From Octopus sinensis (Eukaryota), in NCBI RefSeq assembly GCF_006345805.1, contig NC_042999.1, positions 166,718,001-166,782,000 on the forward strand: a stretch of 64,000 nucleotides of DNA, in the 5' to 3' direction. Shown here in pieces: positions 1-13,589 of this stretch. The translations under genes and the position numbers were made by a program. The notes under the pieces were generated by a model that was not told the origin of the DNA, ran no database searches, and saw only the letters and a list, made by a program, of their open reading frames with translations. Within the stretch, counting starts at the first letter, position 1; every line of letters starts with the position of its first letter.

Positions 1-2745
1 ATAACTACTTACTTGGTCGTATCTGTATCAATATATTCAGATTTGCCACAAGGACTGGACAGCCAGAGATGATTTGGTCAGCTGTCTCATTGTGCTGGTT
101 CACATTCTGCATTTGGTTTAGGGTCTGTTTTCATTATGTTGCTTTCATAGTTGTTCGTCGTCAGACATTGGTCTTGTGCAGCAAGAATTAGTCTTTCCGA
201 GTCAGCTTTTAGTCCAGCGCTTTTGAGCCATTGTTGGCTTTTATTTAGGTTCACTTCTTCTCTGTCAAGCCTTCCATTGTATTGGCCATGGAATCATTTT
301 TCTCTCCATTTCTTCTTTAGTATGTTTTGTAAATCTGCTTTCATGTTATTTTTTTGTCTCTTTGACCATTTCTGCTATAATGTCATCTGAGATCAGTGTA
401 TCAGAATAGTTTGTTTCTGTTTTGAATTTTGTCTCCTCCTTGTTATCGTTTGGTTTGGGTTTAAAAGTTCAAAGTGGACTAAACCTTTCATATCCCACCA
501 AACATAACAACACCTTACGTGGGTGAAGATCTTCTTTAGTCTGGGGTGCGAGTGTTTCTTCTTTCCCTACCCACTACCTTCGGCGCTTGACATTTTTATA
601 GAGAACCCATTTCATACAGTTTCAAATCATCCATTTTGGATTTTCTTTTTAGTTGGTACTCCAAGTTCATTTTCCTAAGTACCAAGGTCAGGGGTACCAT
701 GCAGAGAACAAAAAGCAACAGAGATAAGCTATCACCCTGGAAAATCCCCCTTCTGATACCCAGGGTGCCCAAGCTTTTCCCGTAAGATGTCAGTTCACTT
801 TTCCACCCTACAATACATCTCTTCAGGAAACACGTTACATTCCTCACAATTCCAAACAGATCTAAGCACAAATGTGGAATCATATCATAAGCTTTTCGAT
901 AGTCAATCTAGACCATTTCCAAATGTGGTCTCATTCGTTTACAATCTAACTATCTTGTCTATCAATAATTGATCTTTGGTGCATCTGCATATCCTTCTAC
1001 AGCCTTTTTGTTCCGTGGGTAATATATCGTTCTGATCAAAAAATTGGTACAGTTCTTCTGAAATTCCTCCTGACAGCAACTTTCACATTATTCGGATGCA
1101 AAAAATTGGTCTGTAATCATCAGCAGCATTTCCCTTTGGTGCATCCTTCAGGCACAACACCGTTCGTTCTTTTGTTAACCAGCCCGGGATTTCTTCCTCT
1201 CCATTAAATTGTTCAGCAATCAATTTGGGCAACTACTGAAATTTTTTATCCCAAATTCCTGTACACCGTCAGGTCCTGCTGCTTTCCAGTTGCTTATCTT
1301 TTTATTCATATTTCTGATACTGTCTTCCTGTGAAGTGGTTAGCCTCTTACTGGGGATAAGAAGCTGTTTGCTTCAGGCTGCAGAGCCATTCATCTGTAGT
1401 ATTATTCTGTTCTTGCTTACTCCATATCTTGCCTCAGAAAAGTCGACTTTCATCAACATCAGAGACTAATGTTTCACGTTTTTTTTATCATCAGTAATCT
1501 CTTGATAAATCTTTTTTGTTTTGCCGGTATTGCTTAATCCGTTGTTCAAACCTTGTTAGCTTTGCTTTTTTTGCAAGTATGCGCTGCTTCAGTTCTTCAA
1601 TTCCTTTAGGTCTTTTGTATCTACACCATACTTCTTCCTAACTTTTTCGAATTTCCATTTCCATTTCCCAAGTTCTCCATTTCTTTTCCTGACAAGTATT
1701 GACACAACATTGTTCAAGGAGTTTATATCTTCTGAAATTTTCCTCGCTGTTCTGTTCCCAGTCGTTCTCAATATCATCCCTTCCCGCCACAATCCTACTT
1801 GCAGCCTTGAAAAGATTATTTGTTTGTGTGATGTTCTTTGTTTCAATGTGTCTCAATACATTATTGAATTCACTCGTCTCTTGATTTAGTCTCCATTGGT
1901 TAGCCTTCTTAAAGTCGCACATAAATTCTGTTCCTTCTGCATTTAATAGATCCATATTAATCGATCTTCATTGTTTGAATAGTCACTGATCTCAATTCTT
2001 TCACAATTCTCGGTTGTATATTCTTGCGAACAATTGTCTCTCTCTTCCAATAAACTACTTTCGTTTCTCGCATGCCCAGCGACACCCAACATCCTTCTTT
2101 TAGTAGCGTTTAGCTTCAATTCTGTTAATCATCTATTTTTTCAAATTGCTCCTGCTTGGTCACATTATCTCTGTTTAGTAATTTCAAACAGATCCATTGC
2201 CTTCCATGCGATGTGCATTCGTTTTCTGTGCCTTCTGGCAGGCATGCCATTCGCATTCACTGGGATGCTCCGGAAGTAACACATACTTGTTTACTCCACT
2301 TATGTCTTGTAGCATGGCTAGCAGTGGCTGGATTACGACCGAGCCCACTCTGCGGCACAGTGGGACACCTGCTGGGTGCGGCACCTTCACTATCGGTTCC
2401 AGTCACGTTCATACTGCTATCGTCAACTTTTTTGCTTGGCATTTTCTCTCACAAATGGGGTGTGTTTTTAAGTTACTACTAACCGGTCTCATCATCTCCA
2501 TCAAGGTAGTCGCCAAGGCAGCAGGGTTCCCCTGGTTTTGAACTCAGAGTGGTCCTTCTCCTAGGCTGCTTGCCATCTAAGACTAGCGAGTACAGCCTAT
2601 CCGGAGCACTGGTTATTTGAAGGCGCCAGATACTTGCTGTTTCTCAGACTTCTCCTGTTGATTTGGCGGAGGAGTCGGGCTTGACTGTCTTGCGCAGGCC
2701 ACAGGGACATTTTATAAGTAATGAGCGCTCACCTCACTACCCCGG
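1..2745 (-). mobile_element. Decayed R4/Dong-like non-LTR retrotransposon (RT plus CCHC/RLE region), rearranged or internally deleted
   Basis: Minus-strand motifs GIFQGDSLSLLLFVLCMVPL and MDDLKLY (596-883); N-terminal TRHKWSKQ (ORF 2257-2442); SAGLKADSERLILAAQDQCL and a degenerate Zn-knuckle in 1-240; many stops and frameshifts. Confidence 0.85.
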
Positions 2746-2763
2746 CATTGACAGAAAAAAATT

Positions 2764-2765
<2 letters not shown>

Positions 2766-2833
<68 letters not shown>
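2766..2833. repeat. (GA)n microsatellite
   Basis: Directly visible. Confidence 0.98.
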
Positions 2834-2836
<3 letters not shown>

Positions 2837-2932
2837 TAAATATAAGGATATGGAAAGGAAGATCAACTAGGGAGGTGATGAAATTTCACGCGGCAAGTTT
2901 AATATAATCCATTCAGATCGACAGAGATCTGA

Positions 2933-2939
2933 ATTATTA

Positions 2940-3037
<98 letters not shown>

Positions 3038-3076
3038 CATCATCATCATCATCATCATCATCATTATTATTATTAC

Positions 3077-3130
<54 letters not shown>

Positions 3131-3168
3131 CATCATTATTATAATTATTGTTGTTGTTGTTGTTGTCG
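2933..3168. repeat. (ATT)n/(ATC)n/(GTT)n compound microsatellite
   Basis: Directly visible; abuts the 3' end of the adjacent LINE fragment. Confidence 0.97.
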
Positions 3169-3169
3169 T

Positions 3170-3442
3170 TTACTTTTAATCTGCATGTTTATTGCAATCA
3201 CTTGCCGAAGCACACACAACGCCCTTGGGCCAACGAAGGATAAGAGATGTTACAGTAAGACTGAAAGCTTGGGGGAGTGGGAGTGGCAGGGAGAAGTAGT
3301 GAAATATCTCACAGTAATACAACACAGACATTTAAATTGATAGGGTTTTTCTAAGGATGTGGGCAGTACTTGTCAGCATAATCTTTTGGATTTCTCTGAT
3401 ACATGGTTCTCCTGAGATGTTGTTTAGGAGTTTCTGACATGC
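3170..3442 (-). mobile_element. 3' end of an R4/Dong-like LINE
   Basis: Minus strand reads PCIREIQKIMLTSTAHILRKTLSI-stop, typical of R4-clade C-termini, then a short 3' UTR running into (AAC)/(AAT)n. Confidence 0.7.
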
Positions 3443-3726
3443 CTCCTCCTCCTTCTCCTCCTTCTCGTATAATTATACCATGTGGTACTCATCGAAATAA
3501 TTACCTATCGATTTTAACAGTGTGATACAAGCAGTTTCTTAAAATTTTGTGCATACATACATACATACATACATACATACATACATAACCATACATTTTT
3601 TAATAAATCAAGTTCTAAAGAAATTTTTTAATTATGCTTTCGAAGATGTAGCGTAGATTAATAAACTGATGATTTCTTAAATTACTATTTTAACCACTTA
3701 ATAACTTGCTCATGGTCGATGTAAGT

Positions 3727-3774
<48 letters not shown>

Positions 3775-3777
3775 TAC

Positions 3778-3985
3778 ACAAGGGGGTGCTTAAAAGTTCC
3801 TGGGTTTGGTAAACGAAAATACAGGAGTATCAGTTAATTATCATTTTATTTCCCTTTCAAATTCACACAGTTATTGCAGCGGTCGTTCAGTTTTTCTAAT
3901 TCCTGTAAAAGAACTCGGAAGTTCGAGCCTCCAACCAAGCCTTTCGCGATACCCTTAAAGCCAGGAACTGTTCAGCACTCTCTCC
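3778..3985. mobile_element. Mariner-like terminal fragment
   Basis: Starts caagggggtgcttaaaagttcctggg, resembling a mariner TIR; no intact ORF. Confidence 0.4.
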
Positions 3986-4064
3986 TGTATGTATGTATGT
4001 ATGTATGTATGTATGTATGTATGTATGTATGTATGTATGTATGCATGCATGCATGTATGTATAT

Positions 4065-4760
4065 GAAATTTACAGAAAATCAAAAGACGAAGAAAGGTGT
4101 ATGAACAAAAAGCAGGTGTACTAGTTTGATGCTCGGGAAAGTGTGAAAGTCTTTTATGTTTCGAGCCGACGCTCTTCAGCAGAAAGGAATAAAAGAAAAT
4201 AAACACCATGGAGAATGTATTAGTTAAGGATTAACATCTCATATATTGTCATAATGAGTAAACGGATGTTTGGTTTTATAAAGTGCTATACGTGTTAGCA
4301 GGAAGAGGAAATATTATAGCAAGAATGCTGGGAAGTAAATGTAGAAAATATGGTAGATTATAAGCAAGTAATTATTCACTAGGAGGAAGGTGCGAGTATA
4401 AATATTAAGTGGAATGTAACTAATTACAGAGTTTAATGCTCAATCTATCCAGATTAATAAAAATGCTTAAATGTTGAATGGTCTCTATGGTTACAAGAGT
4501 ACATAGCACCCGAGAACTTATTCAATAATGTAGAGTTATATCGACGGAGAATATTTATAGATTCTTTAATACATGGTTTACATACACGCGTTATTGTATC
4601 ATACGGAAGGGCTTCTGCCATTATAAACTAAGATAATGAATATTGTATATTCTTTAGCTTAAGTTCGTGTATATATTTGGTTAGCGTAGTTGTGAATTTA
4701 TATTTTAAGTTAAATAAAAGAATTCAAATGAGCCCTATTGCGACGCTTAAAATCAGCAGT
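4065..4760 (-). mobile_element. Penelope-like element 3' fragment (endonuclease C-terminal region plus pLTR with degenerate hammerhead)
   Basis: Minus strand ~4619-4470 reads ALPYDTITRVCKPCIKESINILRRYNSTLLNKFSGAMYSCNHRDH (CxxC..E..I..LLNK....C.H motif seen at PLE C-termini); HHR-like motif downstream at 4151-4187; ends in (TA)/(TATG)n. Confidence 0.6.
4151..4187 (-). ncRNA. Degenerate minimal type I hammerhead ribozyme
   Basis: Reverse complement: cttt CTGCTGA a gagc gtcg gctc GAAA ca T A aaag; stems I and II intact, core A6 and stem III mutated; same layout as 42998-43032. Confidence 0.5.
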
Positions 4761-4767
4761 ACTTCCC

Positions 4768-4989
4768 ACGGGATCAAAATTAAAAGATCAAATTAGGGTA
4801 CATAAGCAACAAATGAAAAAAATCATCTCTTAAAAATGTTATATTCAGTGGACATCTAGACATTTATGCAAATGGAAAATTTAAAATACTCTCTTTATTC
4901 AAAATAAAAGAAGAAAATGATCAACTATGGAAGGTAAAAAGGAGAATATTTTTATAAGAATTTTAAATCGGAAACTAAACGGGAAGTAG
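4768..4989 (+). pseudogene. GIY-YIG endonuclease C-terminal fragment of a Penelope-like element
   Basis: Frameshifted TGSKLKDQIRVHKQQM..SGHLDIYANGKF.KILSLFKIKEENDQL..KENIFIRILNRKLN (R..H..H..E..LN pattern). Confidence 0.6.
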
Positions 4990-5603
4990 TTAATATCACA
5001 ACTAAAAACTACTAAAAATCATCAGATCTGCGGCCCGTTGGTCGCCGCATTTAGGAATTTACCACCTGCAGGTTCACTTATATGTTATCTCATCAGATAA
5101 ATAAAATAGAAAGCATCGGATGCTTTGTGCATGCGTACACTACGTCTTCTTTGATGGTTTATTAACTGACAATATTTGAGAGAAGTTAAAATGTTATTCA
5201 CCTGACCAATAGTTTCTCTTTACTCTAGATATGATTACCTAGATTAAAAAAAAATTGTAGAATTATTGTTTCAGCTAGAGTTAGTTAAACGTTTCTTTAA
5301 ATCCTCGCTTTTGTAATTACCTTTGTTCTTATCTATTGATTTATCTTCAAAGCTACACATGTTAGTTTTCTCAGCTTATGTATTTCACTTCAGTTACATT
5401 TGTGAGGCACCAAGACAATATTACTTTCTATAAGCTGTGCTACAGGAAAAATAAGTAGACGGAGAGCTACTGTAAAATTTAAATATTCGATTAAATATAA
5501 GCTTTGAACTAAGAAATGACTTTCTATCGTACTACAAAATCATTGGGACTACTCTAAACAATAAATTACGTTGAATTACATGACACTATTTTTCTCGACT
5601 GTA

Positions 5604-5988
5604 TCTCTCTCTATATAAACGGCAGTTTGTCTGTGTGTGTTTTTGTGTGTCTGTTTGGTTGTACCCTCACCCTGACCACGGCTTTCAACTGATTCTGATG
5701 AAACTTGACACACACATAGCCCAATGTCATAATTCAAAACTAACGCAGCGAAAATTTTGAAAAGTTCCCCCAGTTCTGAAAAAGATCAATAAATTCGACA
5801 TGGGGTCGACAATCAGAAACACAAACCACAGATGGTCTAGGGGACGCAACTCGACCTTTTTAACTATCAAAAAAAATTTACCATCATTTTTTTCCCCATT
5901 TTTTTGCTATTTTTTGGCTATAACTCTCTAAAAATGCTTTATAGTTATTTCCCTTACAAACCCGAGTAACGCCGGGCGATACTGCTAG
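5604..5988 (+). mobile_element. Non-autonomous Helitron-like element (family A)
   Basis: 5' TC(TC)nTATATAAAC, subterminal hairpin cccgagtaacgccggg, 3' CTAG followed by T; homologous to 21194-21567 and 35883-36187. Confidence 0.75.
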
Positions 5989-7224
5989 TATTAAATAAAC
6001 GACAGTCTCTGCGTGAACGCTCGATCTGCTAGAAATAGTAACCATACCACCCTTATACCACACCCTCAAACTTTAAAAAGTGCATATTAGATAATGCCTG
6101 AAAAAGATAAGACTATATTGCCACCGTTGAAATTTTTTTAAATTTTAGGTATTTACAATTAGAGTGACACCAGATCAATGGTTCTCAAACATTTTTTACC
6201 TATGAAATCCTTTGATTCCTCTTTTACTCGGCTGGACCCTAATAATTATTCGATGTATAAAAACCCTATTATATTTTTATAATTAGATATTAGAAATTGT
6301 ATAAAATTTTTTAAAAATATTTCGTGTATTGTAGAAGTATAACTAATTTGTTGCACATAAATTCTAACGACAAAATCTCATTTGGGTCCCCGAGGGTTCA
6401 GGCAATCTGGTGCGTGAGAACCACTGCACTAGATAATACGCGAAAAAGTATCAATCGACTTTTATTTTTTACGTTTAGTCAGGACCGGCAAATCGGGCAG
6501 TCGCCTGGGGCGCCATGTGCTAGGGGTGGGGGGCACTTAGGAGAGCATGACAAAGACAAGGAAATTTACACGACCGTCAGCTTATACACGCCGGAGTTCA
6601 GCTTGCCCGGGGCGCCAGCAACCTTATGACTGGTCCTGTGTTTGGCTACAATAGCCACAGAGCTTTTGGGGCCGTTCGACACCTTAAAAATATTAGCGAA
6701 ATCTCTCTCAACACATGATGAAGATCAAGTCATTTATTTCACCCCACTTTAAAAAATTTAGTTACAATTTTATTTTCAGTTTATGTTTGATCACTGCCTC
6801 TGATAAACCCTGAGATGAATCAGCAACTAAGTATCACAAAGAAAATAGACCAATAATTCACCAGAGTTCTAGATGTGACATTTAGAAAACATTACACTTT
6901 TATATGTTGCACATAGCCCTGTAATTACTTGTTGAGCACCTGTTGCAAACTCCTGAATACCATTCTTCAATTCTAACAGTGACACCTGGTGATAATCCAA
7001 TATTAAACTACCGTATCTTTTGGGATCCTGAAGAAGTCGTCTGAAGTATACATCAACCTGCGCGTGTGTTCGCTTCATCTTTTGTTATTTTATTGTAAAG
7101 TTCTCATCGTCCTTGACATGAAAGGGTGAAATGCGGAAAGGTGTAAATCAAAACGTTCCAAACGCAAAACTGTTGGACGATGTGCGAAAGTATATTGGCT
7201 TCAAAAATATGTCATCTTTTCCTT

Positions 7225-7403
7225 TTATTCTCTTGTTTCATTCATTGCAGCCATGCTGGAGCACCACCTCGAAGGATTTAGTCAATCAAGTTGACCTCAA
7301 TACTTATTTTTTAAGTCTGACTTTTTCTATCGGATTCTGTTTTTACTGGATTACTAAGGGACGTAAGCAAACTAACACCGACTGGTTGTTAGTGATGAGA
7401 TAA

Positions 7404-7443
<40 letters not shown>

Positions 7444-7610
7444 AGATATGACAGGCTTCTGCACAGTCTCCGTCCACAAAATTCAGTCACAAGTCATTGG
7501 TTGGTCCGAACCTATAGTAGGAGAACTTATCCAAAGTGCTGCGAAGGGGGATTGAACCCAAAATTATATGGTTTCGAAACAAATCTCTTAAACATATAGC
7601 CGTATCTGTA
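7225..7610 (-). mobile_element. tRNA-derived SINE (diverged)
   Basis: Reverse-complement homology to the full copy at 60153-60560. Confidence 0.7.
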
Positions 7611-7878
7611 AGGATATACTCAATATATTAAAATTTGAATTTATTAAAAAAAACTGTCACTGATCTCAATGATACGTTTGACAAAGACAGGATAACGAAG
7701 TCGTTCGACTTGCAAGAAACAGCAGTCAAATGTCACTCAAATTATACCCAATTACTCTTAGAAAGGAAAGGGCAAAATGGACAATGCAATCCTAAATTTC
7801 TGGGAAAAAGATGAGAATGTCATGGCAGGAGAGGAATTTCATTATAGATCAGTTCAATCAGAGCTTAGCTGGGAACCG

Positions 7879-7942
<64 letters not shown>

Positions 7943-7950
7943 GCAGCAGC

Positions 7951-8017
<67 letters not shown>

Positions 8018-8034
8018 GCAGCAGCAGCAGCAGC

Positions 8035-8104
<70 letters not shown>

Positions 8105-8140
8105 CAACAACAACAACAACAACAGCAGCAGCAGCAGCAA
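7879..8140. repeat. (AAC)n/(CAG)n microsatellite
   Basis: Directly visible. Confidence 0.98.
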
Positions 8141-8257
8141 AAACAAATGCCGTATCAGTTTATCTGGCTTGTTTCTAAAATTTCTAAAATGTCTGTGGTT
8201 ATATAATCGAACCGATTGCGAAATGATCTGATTTGATTTACTGTTTTTACATTCCGC

Positions 8258-8269
8258 TGTTGTTGTAGC

Positions 8270-8349
<80 letters not shown>

Positions 8350-8352
8350 TAG
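8258..8352. repeat. (TAG)n/(CAG)n microsatellite
   Basis: Directly visible. Confidence 0.95.
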
Positions 8353-10424
8353 TTAAGCTGGCTTTCTGTGGTGGTGGTGGAAGTAGTGGTATCTTGTCCT
8401 GTTTTGGTTGCTCTAATGTTTTGACAACGACTATATTAGACACCACAACAAACCATTAAAATAAATAAATAAATCTTTCCGAATAATCTTCACTGTATTT
8501 TCTAAAACCGATACGCAGTCACAAGCATAGAATTGAGAAAATGCAGAAACTAGTGGCTGAGCTATTTGTTGAAAGAATATAACGTTTGCAAAAAAATACG
8601 AACGAAATAGTAAGCTTCTGACTAAATCACATGAAAAACTATTCTTTGAAAGCATCCCATTCTTGAAATAAAATGTTAGGTTAATGAAAAGGACTAGAAA
8701 CTACGAATTATAATTAAATATATCTTACACAAGAAAAGATACATTTATCAGACATGTAATTTGACTCTTTAGTTCATCTCCGTCTCATACAGATGAGACT
8801 GTCGCCTTAACGATCGTTGGTTTACAATACCGAGAACACCGACTAATTTCTTATCATTCCAAATTGCATATTTATTGATGGCATTAGCATTTAGATTGAT
8901 TGCTGGTGGCGTATTGTCATGGAAATGGCAGACAGTAAAGGCCATTGTGATTGGTGCAATGATTTAAGTACAGATGTTACCGGAACAATTTAGACATTTG
9001 TAGCTTTGTGATTTGTAACCTGATAATGCAGAACAAAATGATTAGAAGTCTTAGTTGTTCAGCGCAACTTATATTTATACAACTACTGCTTTATATATAT
9101 TTTTTGCCTTAGATTAAAATCCCCAAACGAAATGACAGGAAATAGATCGATCTAAATTAAAGGCTGTCAGTAATATTCACATATTATTTATAGTTGTCGA
9201 AGTGCTACCTTTTTCATTTTCCATTAACAATACACTAATTTGTGTTGCTGTTTTGCCCCAGATCAACTCTAATAAAGGATGCAGTAGCCATTAGAAACCC
9301 TAATATGTAAAACGACTAACTAATCCTTTTGTATATCATGTATCACAGACGAGTATCTTTTTATTCAAGACATCAGGTTGTGATTTGCGAGAAATTTGTT
9401 TGCTAATTTTAAAAGCGCCATCGGCCGCGCAAACTTTGTAAAAAAATCTCGGCCTGTCAGTGCCACGCACTCATATATATATATATATATAATTTATTAT
9501 TAAGGATTTTAATGTAGTTGAGTGGGTGAAGTGAATAGAAGAATTACTAAAACAACGGACAAAATGCCGCGTGGCTTTTAGTTATATGTCCTTAAGTACT
9601 GAGTTTGATGTTGACTTCACCTCTTATCCTTCTTGAATCGATAAAATATTTACCAGCCATCTACTATGTTCGATACGACTGACATATCCTTTCATAAACA
9701 TTTGTAGTCGTTTACCCGTTTAAAATCAATATATTTGAGTGTGTGTTTCACTTTCTGTGGCATATGCATAATCGTTAGAGCATCGAATAGAATGTCTTGC
9801 GGTATTTGCTCAAGCTCTATGCTCACTCAGCTCAAATGTTGTAGAAAATTATTTGCTTTTCGTCTTCCGGGACGATTAAACTACTAATATAAAACTGGAG
9901 ATCAGTTCTTTCTTTTTCATTGGATTGCACTTATAGTACACTTGTCCAGACTTGTGATATTGTTACGCTGATTCGGCCCGAGACTTATGTTAAGAGTTAC
10001 ATAACACTGACACATTAATTCAACGTCTCGGAATTCAGTTCATAAACAAATGAAGACCATGGGTTTTCAATTTAAAACACATTCCGTTTCAGAGCACTGT
10101 TCGTAACAGGAGTCTTGTTCGTAACAGGAGTCTTGTTCATTACACGAACTTGTTCGTTACTGGCGTAATTGAAATACATATAAATAGGGGTAATCCGTTC
10201 CAAGCCACATCCAAACTCCACATAAAGGTATGAAATGATGTTCTATTTATTCAGCTATAAGTAGCATATGAATATATGTATACGTCTAAGTATAAAGTAT
10301 GGGGGTTTAGTTCACAGGTGATCTAAACGATAAGGTACGCTAGGTAAATGCTGTAAAGGATTACTGGGGCTCCAAGGTTATAGCCGAGGCGCTAGTTATG
10401 GAGCCATTGCAGATTTTCGATCTC

Positions 10425-11150
10425 AAGTCATATAGAATATTATTATTGGAAAAAATTCAGTCTTACAGCTGTTTCTGGGATATCCTCGAGTATGGGATAT
10501 TCCGTCGTCGGAGACAAATAGGGAAAAATAGGGAAAATGAAAATGGTATATATTAATGAGATGATGACATAGAGGAAGGGAGTAAAGGAATACGGAGATG
10601 GAGAGAAAGGAGAAAAAAGAAAAGTCCATAGTTCAGCTTTCCGATGTTGTAGAAATAAGAGCATAAATCCTTAGATGCCATTCTGCGTAGATCCATGTGA
10701 GTTAAAATCCTGATGTAGTTAACATCCAGAGAAAAAAGACACGAACGTATCAACGTTCAATAACAGAATGGTAGTGGAGGTGGCCATCAAGTGGAAAAAG
10801 GAAATAAAAGAAAATAAATAGAAAGAGGGGTAGATAGAGTGAGAGGAGGGGGAATTCTAAGATTGGCTTTAGGATAAAGTAAGGTGTATATAGGTGTATA
10901 GTGTCTAAGAATTGTGTACGGAGTAGTCGAGAAACGATGAAGAGGTAGAGAAAGATAGGGTAAGACAAAAAAGAGCAAAATGAAAGGAATTTAAAGAGAG
11001 TAGCAGGTGTCAGTGGTCGCCTTAAAGTGTATGGGTGATGGGGAGGAGATCTAGTAGTAAATACCTGTGTCCGTTCTGGCTTAGGGTCAGTGGCGGTAGA
11101 GTTATTTTTAGCAACGGGGTTATATGGGTGTGTAGGTAGTCGAGTTGAAT
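10425..11150 (-). mobile_element. Probable Penelope-like element 3' fragment with hammerhead
   Basis: HHR near its 3' end; upstream flank ccctatttgtctccga shared with 44205-44225; decayed coding-like sequence upstream. Confidence 0.45.
10460..10515 (-). ncRNA. Type I hammerhead ribozyme (CCGACGA core variant)
   Basis: Reverse complement: gtct CCGACGA cggaatatcc catactcga ggatatccca GAAA cagctg TA agac; stem I gtct/agac, palindromic stem III ACAGCTGT. Confidence 0.7.
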
Positions 11151-11159
11151 GTTAAACTA

Positions 11160-11915
11160 TCTCTCCTCCTCTTCTAATTCTCACCATTCTCTCCTTCCTC
11201 CTCTCCTCCACCTCCCCTCCACCTATCCTCCTCCACCTCCCCTCCACCTCTCCTCCTCCTCTTCTCCTCCTCCTCTTCTCCTCCTCCGCTTCTCCTCCTC
11301 CTCCTCTTCTCCTCCTCTTCCTCTCCCCTCCTCCCCCTCCTCCCCCCTCCTCCCCACCCCTACTCCTCCTCTCCCCACCCCTACTCCTCCTCTCCCCACC
11401 CCTACTCCTCCTCTCCCCCCCTCCTCATCTCCCTACCTCCTCCTCTCCTCCCCCTCCCCCCCTCCTCCGCTGCCGCCACTACCACCCCCTCCTCCTCTTC
11501 CTCCACTACATCCTCCTCTTCTCCACTACATCCTCCTCTTCCTCCACTACCTCCTCCTCCTTCCTCGTTCTACACCTCGTCCTCCTCCTCCACCTCCTCC
11601 ACCTATCCTCGTCCTCCACCTCGTCCTCCTCCTCCACCTCCTCCTCCACATCCTCCTCCACCTCCTCCTCCCTTTCCCCAACCTTCCATCTCCTGCGCCC
11701 CCTCCTCATCCCCTCGTCCTCACCTCGTCCTCTCCCCTCTCCCTTCTTTCTCTTCCTCCTCCCCCACCCTCTCTCCCCATCACCACCCCGCATCATCCCT
11801 CTCCCCCCCTTCCTCCTTTCATCCATTCCTCCCCCCTTCCTCCATTCCTCCCCCTCCCCTCCCTTCCGCCTCCTCCGTCGCCTCCCCCGCCGCCTCCCCC
11901 GCCTCCTCCTCCTCC
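11160..11915. repeat. C/T-rich low-complexity tract, degenerate (CCT)n
   Basis: Directly visible; the proline-rich ORF is an artefact. Confidence 0.92.
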
Positions 11916-12342
11916 ACGGTTGCTGGCAACTGCTTCCCTGTTTCTAATATTGATTGAACCCTTAATTATATTTAGAATTATATAAAAAAACTTTTTGTAC
12001 AAGTTTTTACTGGTAAAATTATTAATAAATTATTAAATTAATAAATCTTTGCCCTATTAATCTAATGTATATATATACTTCAGTGTTTGCTAAATGATTA
12101 AGAAGGGAATTCAGTTAAATTAACCCCTTTTAATGCTATTTGCCGCAAGTAAATAACTGCAAACCTGAATATACATCTCCCGTGGATCTTTCACAAGTAT
12201 TCCCTAGATCACAATCTAAACTTTGTTTGATGGAGAGTTTGTTCGCTCTCACATAGTCAGAGTGAAGTTTTACTTTCATTTTAGTTTTAGTCCAGTATAT
12301 TAAAAAAAAATTAATATCTAATTTCATATCTTATCTATCTGA

Positions 12343-13330
12343 GCAAATGCCGTCCCGGGTCGATCTTGAGCGACTGCAACACAACCAAAGCATTCTATAG
12401 GGGATTAGTGGAGGGGAGGTACGACGATGATCTCGGGGCGAACCTGGGCGTCGACGAGAAATACCTGATCCGCCTGTTCAAAACTACTTTCGGGCCGGGA
12501 CCTATGGCCAGGCCAGGGATCCCTGGCCTGGCAGTGCTATCGAGAAGCGCTACCCGTTCGGGATAAGCTCTACAGACATAGCTCGAGAAACACGGGGCCG
12601 ACCTGCCCGAGATGCGGTCAGAGCGACGAAACCGTTCTGCACGCACTTGTACAATGTCCAACCATTTCCGACCTGTGTTGAACGACTGCTATCGCGTGTG
12701 GGACGAGTCAGTTTATCAACCGAATATATCGTGAATATCGTCGCGCCTCCTTCCTTGAAACGGGAAGGAAGAGCCATTTTCATCATACTTGTGGCTATGG
12801 CGAGAGAATGTGTATGGTGGACACGTCTGAAGGGTCTAGAGACAAACACTTTCCTCTCTGGTGAATCTCTCATCAACTTCTTCAAGTATCACTTTGAGAG
12901 GAAGGTGAAAGTAGAGAGGGAAGTTTTGTCTAGTGAATGTTTCAATAAAAGATGGGTGAATGTAGCAAGGATGGCACGTGTGCATGATGGAGCCACCTTG
13001 AGCATAATCCTATGAACCAGAAAAAGAAAGGAAAAAAGAGTCACTTACGGTAATGTGTTTTTTTGCACGACATTATTGTCTGAGGTTACCGTGGTCTTTT
13101 CCATAGGCTTTTCCTCCCACGGATAGACCTAATCTGTTTTCCCTTTTACATTATGACATTTCTGTGATACACAATCCCTATTGATCGGCTTCCTTCTTTA
13201 TTTTTTTCCTTGTTTCCACGATCCCTTTTGATCAAAATTCTACCCACCTTTTTTTTCTCTTCCCCAAAAGAAAAGCTCTACATTGTATTTTGTCCCCTCT
13301 GTGTTCAGTCCTGTGTGGCTAATAAAGAAA
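12343..13330 (+). mobile_element. 5'-truncated Tx1/L1-clade LINE 3' end
   Basis: Frameshifted C-terminal domain: LPVRDKLYRH..TCPRCGQSDETVLHALVQCP zinc knuckle, ..FNKRWVNV; 3' UTR ends AATAAAGAAA; homologous to 29700-30483. Confidence 0.8.
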
Positions 13331-13331
13331 C

Positions 13332-13410
<79 letters not shown>
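13332..13410. repeat. (TATC)n microsatellite
   Basis: Directly visible. Confidence 0.97.
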
Positions 13411-13411
<1 letters not shown>

Positions 13412-13589
13412 CTGTCAGTTTGTCTGTCTGTCTAGTCAACTGTCAATCTGTCTGTCTTTCTGTCCATCCGTCCGTCCGTCCGTCCGTCTGTCTCTCCCCC
13501 ATCTCTCTCTCACCCTTTCTCACTCAATCTAAATTTAGGATGCAGTGCTCTAAGAAAGCTTTATATAGTACTAATATTAATATACTTCT

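Noticed and set aside
7777-8446. Poly-N, poly-L and poly-C ORFs
   Set aside because: Trinucleotide microsatellites
11149-11985. 278-aa proline-rich ORF resembling extensin/formin
   Set aside because: C/T low-complexity DNA lacking stops by composition
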